From Nostoc sp. DedSLP01 (GTDB lineage Bacteria; Cyanobacteriota; Cyanobacteriia; Cyanobacteriales; Nostocaceae), in contig JAVRCJ020000006.1 in NCBI GenBank assembly GCA_034530875.2, forward strand, positions 96,001 through 160,000: a stretch of DNA of 64,000 nt, read 5' to 3'. The translations under genes were made by a program, and so were the position numbers. Below are positions 52,458-62,260 of the stretch, piece after piece. The notes under the pieces were generated by a model, which was not told where the DNA came from, ran no database searches, and was given only the letters and a program-made list of their open reading frames with translations. The number at the start of each line of letters is the position of its first letter. Positions within the stretch are counted from its first letter, which is position 1.

Positions 52458-53261
52458 TCATGCTTTCCGAGCAACAACGTAGTAAATTAACTCCTCATGC
52501 CATACACCATGCTCAGTTTCTAGTGCAGCAATCTTATCGTCATAACTAGCTTTAATCTGGCGAATTTTTTGGCGTTTTAATTGCCGTAAGGGATTATCGA
52601 TATGTAGCCAGAATTGCCCATTCCATCTGCTTTGTGCTTTTTCTAAGCTTAGGTAAGTCCCCATCTGTCGAGGATGAATTTCAATTTGGGTAAATTTGGC
52701 TTGAGTTAATACGTTTTGAATTCGCTCTGGCGTTCCTAATGGTTCGTGCAGATTTGGAAGTGTAATTCCATGTTTTGCACAGGCTTCTACAATCGACAAT
52801 GCTAAATACGAATCTTCAGAGGAGCAAGTAAATGCGATAAATCCACCGAACTTGAGAAAACGATACCAATTTTCGAGAATCTTAGGAATGTTGGGAAAAA
52901 GCACGATCGCGTAAGAACAATAGATCGCGTCAAACTTATCTGGTTCAGTCTGATATACTTGTGCATCGACTTCAATTAGCTCAACATTTGATAAGTTTTC
53001 GGCTTGAATTTTCTGTTGAGCAATCTTAAGTAATTCTGTTGCGATATCAATTCCAATTACAGAGCCACTTGTACCAACTTTTTGAGCTGCTGCGATCGCA
53101 ATATTTCCCGTTCCCGTTGCAACATCTAAAACACATTGCCCAGGAGATAGACTTGCGTAGTCTAAAAGTGCAATTGCGCGATTGAGAGTAACATCATTAT
53201 CATAATTCGTCCTTCCATTGTAAAAATCGATAAGTTCCTGTTTGTATATCATAAATAACAA
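52458..53261 (-). CDS. Class I SAM-dependent methyltransferase (UbiE-like)
   Basis: VLDVATGTG, GIDI, FDAIYC, LKFGG. Confidence 0.88.
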   Translation of the reverse strand: MLFMIYKQELIDFYNGRTNYDNDVTLNRAIALLDYASLSPGQCVLDVATGTGNIAIAAAQKVGTSGSVIGIDIATELLKIAQQKIQAENLSNVELIEVDAQVYQTEPDKFDAIYCSYAIVLFPNIPKILENWYRFLKFGGFIAFTCSSEDSYLALSIVEACAKHGITLPNLHEPLGTPERIQNVLTQAKFTQIEIHPRQMGTYLSLEKAQSRWNGQFWLHIDNPLRQLKRQKIRQIKASYDDKIAALETEHGVWHEELIYYVVARKA

Positions 53262-53517
53262 CAGTTTAGGATAACAAAGGGCAAATCAAATAGGCTGAAA
53301 TTAATGCTTTAATATTAAGGGTAGACTATTTTAATTATTCAGCATCAAATCAGCCCATCATTATTTAAGACGCGAACAACAGCTTACTTATCAATTAATG
53401 CCATTATTAAATCTCAATGAATTTCCGATGCAATAGAGTTATTACAAGTTTTTAAAAGCATCTGCAAGTTAGTCAGTTTTCAGGAATAATGATTGTAAAT
53501 TGCGGGGCTATGCACTC

Positions 53518-54246
53518 ATGTCTGAACCTGCTACTTTAGAATTCATCTCTGATAATACTTTAGAAGATGAAGTTATATTTCCTCCTGGTGATTTATATAG
53601 TGACGAACCACCCTTGGAAAGCGACCTACACCGAGACCAAATCGATTTGCTGATTCGCCTACTTAAATCGTGGTGGCGAGAAAGGCAAGATTTTTATGCT
53701 TCTGGGAATTTGACAATTTATTACAGTCCTAACCAGAAAAAATCAGAATACTTCCGAGGTCCAGACTTTTTTGTAGTTTTGGGAACCGAGAAAAAAGACC
53801 GTAAAAGTTGGGTTGTTTGGCATGAAGACGGCAAATATCCAAATGTAATTGTAGAGATTTTGTCGAACTCAACAGCAGCAGTTGACAAAGGCTTTAAAAA
53901 ACAGATTTACCAAGATACTTTTCGCACACCCGATTATTTCTTGTTTGACCCGATAACAATTGAGTTACAAGGATTTCATCTAGTAGATGGTAAGTATCAA
54001 AATATTCAAACCACTACTGATGGACGTTTATGGAGTCAGCAGTTAGAACTTTACTTGGGAGTTTATGAAGGTAAATTAAGATTCTTTACTGCCGAAAATC
54101 AATTGATACCATCATCTGAAGAACTAGCCCAACAAGAAACTTTACGTGCCCAACAAGCAGAAGAACGCGCCCAACAAGCAGAACAAGAAATTGCTAGACT
54201 GCGCGAACTTTTGCGTACACAAGGCATTAACCCTGATAATATTTGA
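53518..54246 (+). CDS. Uma2 family endonuclease
   Basis: SDEPPLESDLH, GPDFFVV, PNVIVEILS. Confidence 0.92.
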   Translation: MSEPATLEFISDNTLEDEVIFPPGDLYSDEPPLESDLHRDQIDLLIRLLKSWWRERQDFYASGNLTIYYSPNQKKSEYFRGPDFFVVLGTEKKDRKSWVVWHEDGKYPNVIVEILSNSTAAVDKGFKKQIYQDTFRTPDYFLFDPITIELQGFHLVDGKYQNIQTTTDGRLWSQQLELYLGVYEGKLRFFTAENQLIPSSEELAQQETLRAQQAEERAQQAEQEIARLRELLRTQGINPDNI

Positions 54247-54566
54247 TGAGATGAGCAAATTCACATAGACACTTTACAGTTAAAATTAAATATAAATTTA
54301 TTGAAACAGCGAACAGCGAACAGTCAGCTAAGGCGTATTCAGGGAAATTTAGAGGACGTTGGAAAAGTAGTAGCCGATGTATATAAAACTTTAAATATTC
54401 CTGCTTCAGGAAGAGTTGGAGAAGTTGATTTTCCAGTTTTTATGCTACGGAATATCGATACAAATCTACACTTGACAAATATTCTCTTCTACCCAAAGTA
54501 TGAAACTGACTATAAGTAACTAATTTACTGTTAAAAAAGCGTTAGTATCTGAAAGTAGGGCAGCGT

Positions 54567-55259
54567 TTGCAAGCAAAACAGATTAAGGAGAAATTAAAAT
54601 CCCTCATCGAGCAAGCTTCCTCGATAGATCCTAATTTGGCAAAAAGATTAGATGAAATAAACCGTTGGGTAAAGGATATCAAACCGGGTTCCCTGACGGC
54701 TAAACCTTTTGTTATTGCTTTTCTTTTAGAACTAATTACGGACTCGACAATTTGGTTGATAATAAAATCCTCATCTTCGCCAGAAGAACAACAAGCAAAA
54801 TTTGAGCAAATGACACCAATTGAAAGATATTGGTACGGTTACCTTTTTCCAAGATGGATTAATGCAAATGATTCCAAGTTTTATATTTGGAAACAAAAAT
54901 TAATGGCAGGTGAATTCGATCGCCGCGATGATGATATTATTAAAGATATAGCCCAAGATATTATTCAGCGAGAAGGTGATTTTTGGCAGCGTTATATTGC
55001 CGACCTCTCTATGGCGACAGACCTAATAGTTAGTAATCGTAACAATCAACCACTTTGCATTCAAGTTACCAGCGTCAGCGAAGAACTTAATCAACAAAAG
55101 TACCAAGCTTGGCAAAATACACTCCGAGCCTGGGAGATAGAGAGAGGATTGTTCTTAAGTTACAATCCCAAGGATGCTAATTTTGTCAACCAACTAGTCA
55201 ACGTAGCACTGTATAACAGTGATTATCTTTCTGGCGGGAAATATTTAAAATTTTCCTGA
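54567..55259 (+). CDS. Hypothetical protein, possible PD-(D/E)XK-like C-terminal domain
   Basis: 230-aa ORF; TDLIV...LCIQVT spacing. Confidence 0.6.
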   Translation: MQAKQIKEKLKSLIEQASSIDPNLAKRLDEINRWVKDIKPGSLTAKPFVIAFLLELITDSTIWLIIKSSSSPEEQQAKFEQMTPIERYWYGYLFPRWINANDSKFYIWKQKLMAGEFDRRDDDIIKDIAQDIIQREGDFWQRYIADLSMATDLIVSNRNNQPLCIQVTSVSEELNQQKYQAWQNTLRAWEIERGLFLSYNPKDANFVNQLVNVALYNSDYLSGGKYLKFS

Positions 55260-55285
55260 TATTTCCGGATTTCGATTTCGAGAAT

Positions 55286-55768
55286 TTGTATTCTAGCTTA
55301 CAGATTTACTTGCTCATTACAGCTTTTATGCCTCACAAAAGAGAAACTCACACCTACAATAATGTAGATAACTTTGCCGAAGCTTTAGCAACAGCAAGAC
55401 AAATGCAGCAGAACTGGCTAACTTATGGCGTCGATTTTGTGAATTTTTATGTTGAAGATGTAGATGGAGACTGGTTAGAAACCTGGGGAAACGACGAAAT
55501 CTTAGGTAATTCTCGATTACGTACTATTAAAGAATTTTTGATAAGCGATGATAATGTAGCTGTAAAAGTCAGGCAGTATTTAGGAGAGCGATCGCTATTC
55601 GATTTTGCAGTCAGTTTAGAAGAATATTGGAGAATTGCTGAGGTAGATGACAGATTAGCGGCTGTGAAAAATCTATTAGCTGGTTGTGAAAATAATATTG
55701 ATAAAGACGACATCATCTTAGTAGATTTGGCTAATAGTCTCTTGGTGAAGTTAGCAGATATTTTGTAA
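55286..55768 (+). CDS. Acidic hypothetical protein
   Basis: ORF (probable start MPHKR at 55328); no recognised motif. Confidence 0.6.
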   Translation: MYSSLQIYLLITAFMPHKRETHTYNNVDNFAEALATARQMQQNWLTYGVDFVNFYVEDVDGDWLETWGNDEILGNSRLRTIKEFLISDDNVAVKVRQYLGERSLFDFAVSLEEYWRIAEVDDRLAAVKNLLAGCENNIDKDDIILVDLANSLLVKLADIL

Positions 55769-55870
55769 AATTTTAAATCACAAAACCAGACGCGATAAAT
55801 TGCTTGTAGAGACGGCGAGGTATCGCCTCTTTGTTATGGAGAAGGTCAGACAAATATGATTTCTATAGCT

Positions 55871-56122
55871 CTAATAATCTTTGAGATGTGCAATCTTTAT
55901 CACTGTTAATAGTAAGGATCGATCCTCAATTTGATAAACAATGCGATATTCACCCAAACGAACTATATATAGCCGTTCAGTATCCTTCAATGGGTGAGCA
56001 TCTTTTGGACGTGGATTTAATGCTAGCTCCTCTAGCTTTTGTGCTAGTCGTTGCTGCGCCTCTGAGTGCAATTCTACAATTCTTTGCACAGCTGAAGGTG
56101 CTAATGCTACTTGATAGCTCAT
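55871..56122 (-). CDS. RelE/ParE family toxin
   Basis: MSYQV...LALNPRP...YIVRLGEYRIVYQI...VIKIAH. Confidence 0.88.
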   Translation of the reverse strand: MSYQVALAPSAVQRIVELHSEAQQRLAQKLEELALNPRPKDAHPLKDTERLYIVRLGEYRIVYQIEDRSLLLTVIKIAHLKDY

Positions 56123-56388
56123 ATCCCTAGCTCTCTTTTAATGTCTTCCAAGGATGTTGTCCCCAGATCTGCAATTTCTTCTAGTAATGTATAAGCATCT
56201 CTGAGATCAGTCTCATCTAACCTTGCTTCAATTAGCTGATGCATCTGCTGTGTTGAGGTAATTTCAATCCCAGGTTCTTCTCTAAGTTTGTCAGTTAATG
56301 CATGAAAAGCTTCTATATCGTCTTGATGTTTTAATAGATAAGCTCTTAACTCTTGTTTAGTCATCGCTTGAAAATTTGCCTTAGTCAT
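56119..56388 (-). CDS. Putative antitoxin: DUF6887-like N-terminus + acidic antitoxin-like tail
   Basis: FQAMTKQELRAYLLKHQDDIEAFH; DLRDA...SLEDIKRELGI; ATGA overlap with toxin. Confidence 0.7.
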   Translation of the reverse strand: MTKANFQAMTKQELRAYLLKHQDDIEAFHALTDKLREEPGIEITSTQQMHQLIEARLDETDLRDAYTLLEEIADLGTTSLEDIKRELGI

Positions 56389-56589
56389 AAATATCTCACC
56401 TTCCCATTTGGCAATATTTCTACTTCAAAGCTTTGTCCAGCAAGAATGTAAATGTGTTTAGTCCGTTCATCTAATCTCACCAAGTAAATTGGCAGGTACT
56501 TGGGAGTAACTAGAATTTTTTGCCACCTTTTAAGGGGTTTGAGGGGTCTAAAACCACTGTAAATTGAGTTTTTGATCTGAAGTTGGCAT
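56385..56589 (-). pseudogene. Disrupted DUF6888-like gene
   Basis: MPTSDQ start at 56589 is out of frame with YLPIYLVRLDERTKHIYILAGQSFEVEILPNGKVRYL*, whose stop overlaps the next ATG. Confidence 0.65.
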
Positions 56590-56624
56590 CAATGACAGCT
56601 GTGCTACCCTACAAGAGTTTTATT

Positions 56625-56771
56625 GCAACTCCAGAACGTACTTTAGTAACTAAAACATATTCGTTAGTTACTCTAGAACATGTTTTAGTTACTCTAGAAC
56701 ATGTTTTAGTTACTCCAGAACGTGTTTTAGTTACTCCAGAACATGTTTTAGTTACTAAAATGCGTTCATTA
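56625..56771. repeat. Seven-unit 21-bp tandem repeat
   Basis: Consensus GTTACTC(C/T)AGAAC(A/G)TGTTTTA; four near-perfect central units with degenerate flanks. Confidence 0.9.
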
Positions 56772-57202
56772 ATAAGTTAAAAAGTATTTTCATTAGCTCA
56801 AATTCTATTTAGCTTATCATTTAATTACTTTATATAATTAAAAAATTAATTTATTGAGAACAACTTTAGTTTTATTTATAAAAAAACGAAAATTTGCAGC
56901 AAAAATATCACAAGTATAAATAAAACTTAGATGGAATCAAGAACCAATTATGGTTAATTTATCAAATGATGAGTTTTTCTAAGCGAGCGCCTTAAAACTT
57001 GTCAAAAGCGAATATTAAAACTTTTGGTGTATTGACTTACACGCCAAATACCCCAGTAGTAGGGTCATTGCACCCATTTAACCCTCTTCAGAATGCAGCA
57101 CAACCACGTTAAGCTGGATCGAGGTGGCAATTTACTGCGCTCTTGAATAAAAAAATCTCTCTTCCTGTGAAATTTTAACTTTTCCTGCTTGAGAAACTTG
57201 GA

Positions 57203-57928
57203 ATGCTAGACAGAATTTTTGATTACCTCAACTTTCATTTCAGCGTTGAAGCCCCGATAGTCCTGCTGATCCTGATATTTTTAGAGGCGGTGCTATCAGC
57301 TGACAATGCGATCGCCCTCGCTGCTATCGCCCAAGGGCTAGAAGACAAAGAACTTGAGCGTAAAGCTTTAAACTTTGGTTTAGTTGTTGCCTACGTGCTA
57401 CGAATTACCCTAATTCTTACCGCGACTTGGGTGCAACAATTCTGGCAATTTGAATTATTGGGCGCTGCCTACTTGCTATGGCTTGTATTTCAACACTTTA
57501 CCTCAGAAGAAGGCAACGGCGCTCATCATCACGGGCCGCGTTTTAGTTCTCTATTACAAGCCATCCCCGTGATTGCATTTACAGATTTAGCATTTTCCTT
57601 GGATAGCGTCACAACTGCGATCGCTGTTTCTCAAGAAAGATGGTTAGTGCTAACGGGTGCCACAATCGGTATTATTACGCTGCGTTTCATGGCGGGATTA
57701 TTTATCCGTTGGCTAGACGAATATGAAAATCTAGAAGATGCAGGCTATATAACAGTTGCTTTTGTGGGTTTGCGACTCTTATTAAAAGTAGTGAACGATA
57801 ATTTAGTCCCACCAGAATGGCTAATGATTACAGCCATCTTCCTGATTTTAGGCTGGGGATTTTCCAAACGCGTTGGCGCTGCCGAATTACCCCAAATCGA
57901 ACCGGAAAAGACTGAACTACCGAAGTAA
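57203..57928 (+). CDS. TerC family membrane protein
   Basis: LEAVLSADNA, DLAFSLDSV. Confidence 0.92.
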   Translation: MLDRIFDYLNFHFSVEAPIVLLILIFLEAVLSADNAIALAAIAQGLEDKELERKALNFGLVVAYVLRITLILTATWVQQFWQFELLGAAYLLWLVFQHFTSEEGNGAHHHGPRFSSLLQAIPVIAFTDLAFSLDSVTTAIAVSQERWLVLTGATIGIITLRFMAGLFIRWLDEYENLEDAGYITVAFVGLRLLLKVVNDNLVPPEWLMITAIFLILGWGFSKRVGAAELPQIEPEKTELPK

Positions 57929-57944
57929 AAAGAGGGCAGGGGAA

Positions 57945-58055
57945 GCAGGAGGTGTGGGAGGTGTGGGAGGATGGGGAAGAAATCTTTCCCCCCACACTCC
58001 CCACACTCCCCACACTTCCCCATCTCCCTACTCCCTACTCCCTACTCCCTACTCC
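57945..58055. repeat. Inverted simple-repeat cluster between convergent genes
   Basis: ggaggtgtg units, ccccacact x3, ctcccta x5. Confidence 0.75.
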
Positions 58056-58498
58056 CGCAACCAGGCTGTTAAATGCGGTTGCCAATTTACTAATTCTTCA
58101 TCCTTAAACCATAAGGCTATTTCTCGTTGGGCGGTTTCTTGAGCATCGGAACCGTGGATTAGGTTGCGGCCGATATTAATGCCAAAATCGCCGCGAATTG
58201 TTCCCGGTTCGGCTGATAAGGGGTTTGTTGCACCAATGATTTTTCTGGCAGCTGCAACGACGCCATCACCTTCCCATACCATCGCTACCACGGGCGCAGA
58301 AGTGATAAATTCGACTAAGCTACCAAAGAAGGGACGTTCCTTGTGGACATCATAATGTTGTTCAGCTAATTCTCGGCTGACTTTCAGGAACTTTAAACCA
58401 ACTAGGGTAAAACCTTTAGTTTCAAACCGACGGATAATTTCACCCACCAATTTGCGCTGTACGCCGTCTGGTTTAATTGCTAAAAATGTGCGTTCCAA
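58049..58498 (-). CDS. ndk: Nucleoside diphosphate kinase
   Basis: [25 protein letters not shown]. Confidence 0.98.
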   Translation of the reverse strand: MERTFLAIKPDGVQRKLVGEIIRRFETKGFTLVGLKFLKVSRELAEQHYDVHKERPFFGSLVEFITSAPVVAMVWEGDGVVAAARKIIGATNPLSAEPGTIRGDFGINIGRNLIHGSDAQETAQREIALWFKDEELVNWQPHLTAWLRE

Positions 58499-58729
58499 AG
58501 CTATCTCCCAAAACTTAATAAAGTTTTTATCTAGTCAATTGTCCATTGTTATTTGTACTTTGTTCAAGCGTTTTGCACTCATGACTAACGCTTGATGACC
58601 AATGACAAATAACATCAGACTCTTGACCAATCAGAGTTTATCTCAGAAATTAACCTTGGGTGCATATCGGTTCTGAAACGAATGCGCTAAATTGTTAATT
58701 CGTGGGTGAAACACAGAGGTTAGGAAGAA

Positions 58730-60748
58730 ATGGGTGTTGAGTCAACTGCTACATCTGACGAGGTGGTACTACTACCGTCCAATGGACACAAATCTGACGT
58801 GAAAAATCATAAACAAAAAAAGCTGTTACCACCAAGTACTACCACAGGAGATTTACCTCGCTCCTGGAAAATTGAGGATAGCGAAACACTATATCGCATC
58901 GAAGGTTGGGGACAACCTTATTTTTCTATTAATGCTGCTGGTCACGTTACCGTTGCGCCGAAAGGCGATCGCGGGGGTTCTCTAGATTTGTTTGAATTAG
59001 TTAACGCCCTAAAGCAGCGCAATTTGGGACTCCCGATGCTCATTCGCTTTTCCGATATTTTAGAAGACCGGATTGAGCGGTTGAATGCTTGTTTTGCCAA
59101 AGCGATCGCCCGTTACAACTACCCTGGTGTCTACCGTGGCGTCTTTCCTGTCAAGTGCAACCAAGAACGGCATTTAATTGAAGATTTAGTCAAATTCGGC
59201 AAGCCCCATCAATTTGGTTTAGAAGCCGGTTCCAAGCCAGAATTAATGATTGCTCTGGCTATCCTAGATACGCCAGGAGCATTGTTAGTTTGCAATGGCT
59301 ACAAAGACCAGGAATACATTGAAACCGCAATGTTAGCCCAAAGGCTAGGGCAAACACCAATCATCGTCTTAGAACAGATTGAAGAGGTTGATTTGGTGAT
59401 TGCAGCCAATCGCCAGTTAGGTATCAAGCCGATTTTGGGCGTCCGGGCGAAACTCAGCACCCAAGGTATGGGACGCTGGGGAACTTCCAGCGGCGATCGC
59501 GCTAAATTTGGTTTGACTATGCCTGAGATTATCGAGGCAGTTGACAAATTACGGGATGCTAATCTGCTGGATTCTTTACAGTTGATGCATTTCCATATCG
59601 GTTCGCAAATTTCTGCCATTAATGTAATTAAAGATGCCATCCAAGAAGCCAGCCGCATTTACGTAGAGTTGGCGATGCTGGGGGCAGATATGAAATACCT
59701 CGATGTCGGTGGTGGCTTGGGCGTAGATTATGACGGTTCCCAAACCAACTTCTACGCATCGAAAAATTACAACATGCAGAACTATGCTAACGATATTGTG
59801 GCAGAGTTAAAAGATACCTGTGCAGAACGGCAAATTACCGTACCAACACTGATTAGCGAAAGCGGACGAGCGATCGCTTCCCATCAGTCGGTGCTGATTT
59901 TCGACGTTCTCAGTACCAGTGATGTCCCCCTCGATTCGCCAGAACCACCCCAAGAGGGAGAATCCCCAATCATTAATTACCTCTGGGAAAGCTACCAATC
60001 CATCAACAAAGAAAATTACCAAGAGCTTTATCACGATGCGGCACAATTCAAAGAAGAAGCCATCAGCCGCTTTAACTTGGGAATTTTACGCCTTAGAGAA
60101 CGAGCCAAAGCCGAACGCCTCTACTGGGCTTGTTGTCAAAAGATTTTGAACATTACAAGGCAGCAAGAATACGTACCCGACGAACTGGAAGACCTGGAAA
60201 AAATCATGGCTTCCATCTATTACGTTAATATGTCGGTGTTCCAATCGGCACCAGATTGTTGGGCGATCGACCAATTATTCCCCATCATGCCAATTCACCG
60301 CTTGGATGAGGAACCAACGCGGCGGGGAATTTTAGCAGACCTCACCTGTGACAGCGACGGCAAAATAGACCGCTTTATTGACTTGCGCGATGTCAAATCG
60401 GTTTTAGAACTCCACCCCTACAAAACAGGAGAACCCTATTACTTGGGCATGTTCCTCAATGGAGCTTACCAGGAAATTATGGGTAACTTGCACAATTTAT
60501 TTGGCGATACTAACGCCGTTCACATTCAATTAACGCCCAAAGGCTACCAAATCGAACACGTAGTTAAAGGCGACACCATGAGCGAAGTGGTCAGCTACGT
60601 CCAGTATGACTCCGAAGATATGGTGGAAAACATCCGCCAGCGCTGCGAAAAAGCTTTAGAGGAAAAGCGCATTACTCTAGCCGAATCTCAGCGACTTCTA
60701 CAAACCTACGAACAGAGTCTTAGAAGGTATACGTACCTAAATAGTTAG
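58730..60748 (+). CDS. speA: Biosynthetic arginine decarboxylase
   Basis: FPVKCNQ, EAGSKPE, HFHIGSQ, DVGGGLGVDYDG, TCDSDG. Confidence 0.97.
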   Translation: MGVESTATSDEVVLLPSNGHKSDVKNHKQKKLLPPSTTTGDLPRSWKIEDSETLYRIEGWGQPYFSINAAGHVTVAPKGDRGGSLDLFELVNALKQRNLGLPMLIRFSDILEDRIERLNACFAKAIARYNYPGVYRGVFPVKCNQERHLIEDLVKFGKPHQFGLEAGSKPELMIALAILDTPGALLVCNGYKDQEYIETAMLAQRLGQTPIIVLEQIEEVDLVIAANRQLGIKPILGVRAKLSTQGMGRWGTSSGDRAKFGLTMPEIIEAVDKLRDANLLDSLQLMHFHIGSQISAINVIKDAIQEASRIYVELAMLGADMKYLDVGGGLGVDYDGSQTNFYASKNYNMQNYANDIVAELKDTCAERQITVPTLISESGRAIASHQSVLIFDVLSTSDVPLDSPEPPQEGESPIINYLWESYQSINKENYQELYHDAAQFKEEAISRFNLGILRLRERAKAERLYWACCQKILNITRQQEYVPDELEDLEKIMASIYYVNMSVFQSAPDCWAIDQLFPIMPIHRLDEEPTRRGILADLTCDSDGKIDRFIDLRDVKSVLELHPYKTGEPYYLGMFLNGAYQEIMGNLHNLFGDTNAVHIQLTPKGYQIEHVVKGDTMSEVVSYVQYDSEDMVENIRQRCEKALEEKRITLAESQRLLQTYEQSLRRYTYLNS

Positions 60749-60858
60749 GGAATAGGGACTGGGGACTGGCGACTGGGGAGTAGGGATTGGGAATATATTA
60801 TTTCTCCCTCATCTCCCTACTAACCATTACCCAGTCCCCAGTCCCCAGTCCCCAATTC

Positions 60859-62028
60859 CTAATTCGCGCTTGTTCCCAGTAATTCCTCTATCGCTTGTCG
60901 CTCAACAGGGGTATGGGATGGTACTGTTTGACGAGCATCGGTAATCAGCCAGTCTAAAGCTGCGGCTTGAACATCAATTGCAGCACCAGTTTTATCGACG
61001 CAATAACGTCCAAACACCAGCTTATCTACTAAACGGACTCCGGGGCCGAGGCGCGACCATTCAAAAATGACGCTGTTTTCTACTGTTGCGCCACTGCATA
61101 TCCAACAGTTAGGGCCAATCATTGCCGGGCCGACGATTTTAGCTCCGTCTTCTATTCTTGTCATCCCACCAATGTAAACTGGGCCTGTAATGTCTACTTT
61201 GTCCCAATTGACGGCAACATTTAAGCCAGTGTAGATACCAGGGGCAACTTCATGACCGGGAATTTGCACGTTTTTGATTTCACCCAGGAGTACGCCGCGA
61301 ATCGCCCGCCAATAATCTGGTACCTTACCAATATCTACCCACTCAAAGTCCATAGGAATGGCATAAAAAGGAGCTTTGATTTCTACGAGTTTCGGGAACA
61401 ATTGGCTACCAATGTCGTATTCAACGCCAGAAGGAATATAGTTAAATACCTCTGGTTCAAAGATATAAATACCAGTGTTGATGTTGGTGCTAAGGGCTTC
61501 TTCAGTTGAAGGTTTTTCTTGGAAAGCTTTAACGCGACCTTCTTCGTCGGTGACAACTACACCGTAACTAGAAACTTCTTCCTTGGGGACAGATTTCGTA
61601 ATAATAGTAGCGATCGACCCTTGAGCTCTATGCCATTTAACTGCGGCAGTTAAATCCAAATCGATTAAAGCATCACCGCACAATACGACAAAAGTATCAT
61701 CAAAAAACGGTGAAAAGTCTTGAATGCGGCGCATTCCTCCAGCTGAACCGATGGCTTCGCCTACCAGTTTACCGTCGTCGTCTATTTTCCCTTCAAAAGA
61801 ATAGGCAATTTGTACGCCAAATCGCTGACCGTCGCGGAAATAGTTTTCTATTTCCTCAGCTAAATGACTAACATTGACCAAAATCTGGTCAAACCCATGT
61901 TGGCGTAACAGTTCCAGCAAAAACTCCATCACTGGCTTTTGCAGGATGGGCATCATCGGTTTGGGCATAGTGTACGTAATCGGACGCACGCGAGTACCCT
62001 TGCCAGCTGCGAGAATCATCGCTTTCAT
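60859..62028 (-). CDS. NDP-sugar pyrophosphorylase (CugP-like UDP-glucose pyrophosphorylase)
   Basis: ILAAGKGTRVRP..PKP, FQEKP, C-terminal left-handed beta-helix. Confidence 0.85.
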   Translation of the reverse strand: MKAMILAAGKGTRVRPITYTMPKPMMPILQKPVMEFLLELLRQHGFDQILVNVSHLAEEIENYFRDGQRFGVQIAYSFEGKIDDDGKLVGEAIGSAGGMRRIQDFSPFFDDTFVVLCGDALIDLDLTAAVKWHRAQGSIATIITKSVPKEEVSSYGVVVTDEEGRVKAFQEKPSTEEALSTNINTGIYIFEPEVFNYIPSGVEYDIGSQLFPKLVEIKAPFYAIPMDFEWVDIGKVPDYWRAIRGVLLGEIKNVQIPGHEVAPGIYTGLNVAVNWDKVDITGPVYIGGMTRIEDGAKIVGPAMIGPNCWICSGATVENSVIFEWSRLGPGVRLVDKLVFGRYCVDKTGAAIDVQAAALDWLITDARQTVPSHTPVERQAIEELLGTSAN

Positions 62029-62260
62029 AAAAGTTTATTCCTCAACCACAAGCCAGTTTACTTTCATTAAATGACACTTAATCATCAGTTTTTATTTCTG
62101 CTCTAAGATATCCCTCCAAACAGGGATAACAGTAATTTAGTGGTTATTGCAACCATAGGTACACTTAGATGACAAGCGATCGCTTATCTTTTCAATTTAC
62201 TCGGATTTTCATACTCAAGCAAAAATATGTCAATTATCTGTAGAGCGAGTTTTACATTAT

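Noticed and set aside
54301..54519. 72-aa ORF after Uma2
   Set aside because: TTG start, no RBS or recognisable motif; may be a gene fragment but cannot be supported
56625..56771. 21-bp repeats as a CRISPR array
   Set aside because: Units are contiguous with no unique spacers, and no cas genes are in the window
56583..56780. 65-aa ORF with VTLEHVL repeats as a real gene
   Set aside because: Openness is explained by the 21-bp period; TTG start overlaps the opposite-strand pseudogene start
57000..57202. yybP-ykoY Mn riboswitch upstream of terC
   Set aside because: Expected from context, but I could not find the conserved GGGGAGUA...GAGACC core; needs an Rfam cmsearch
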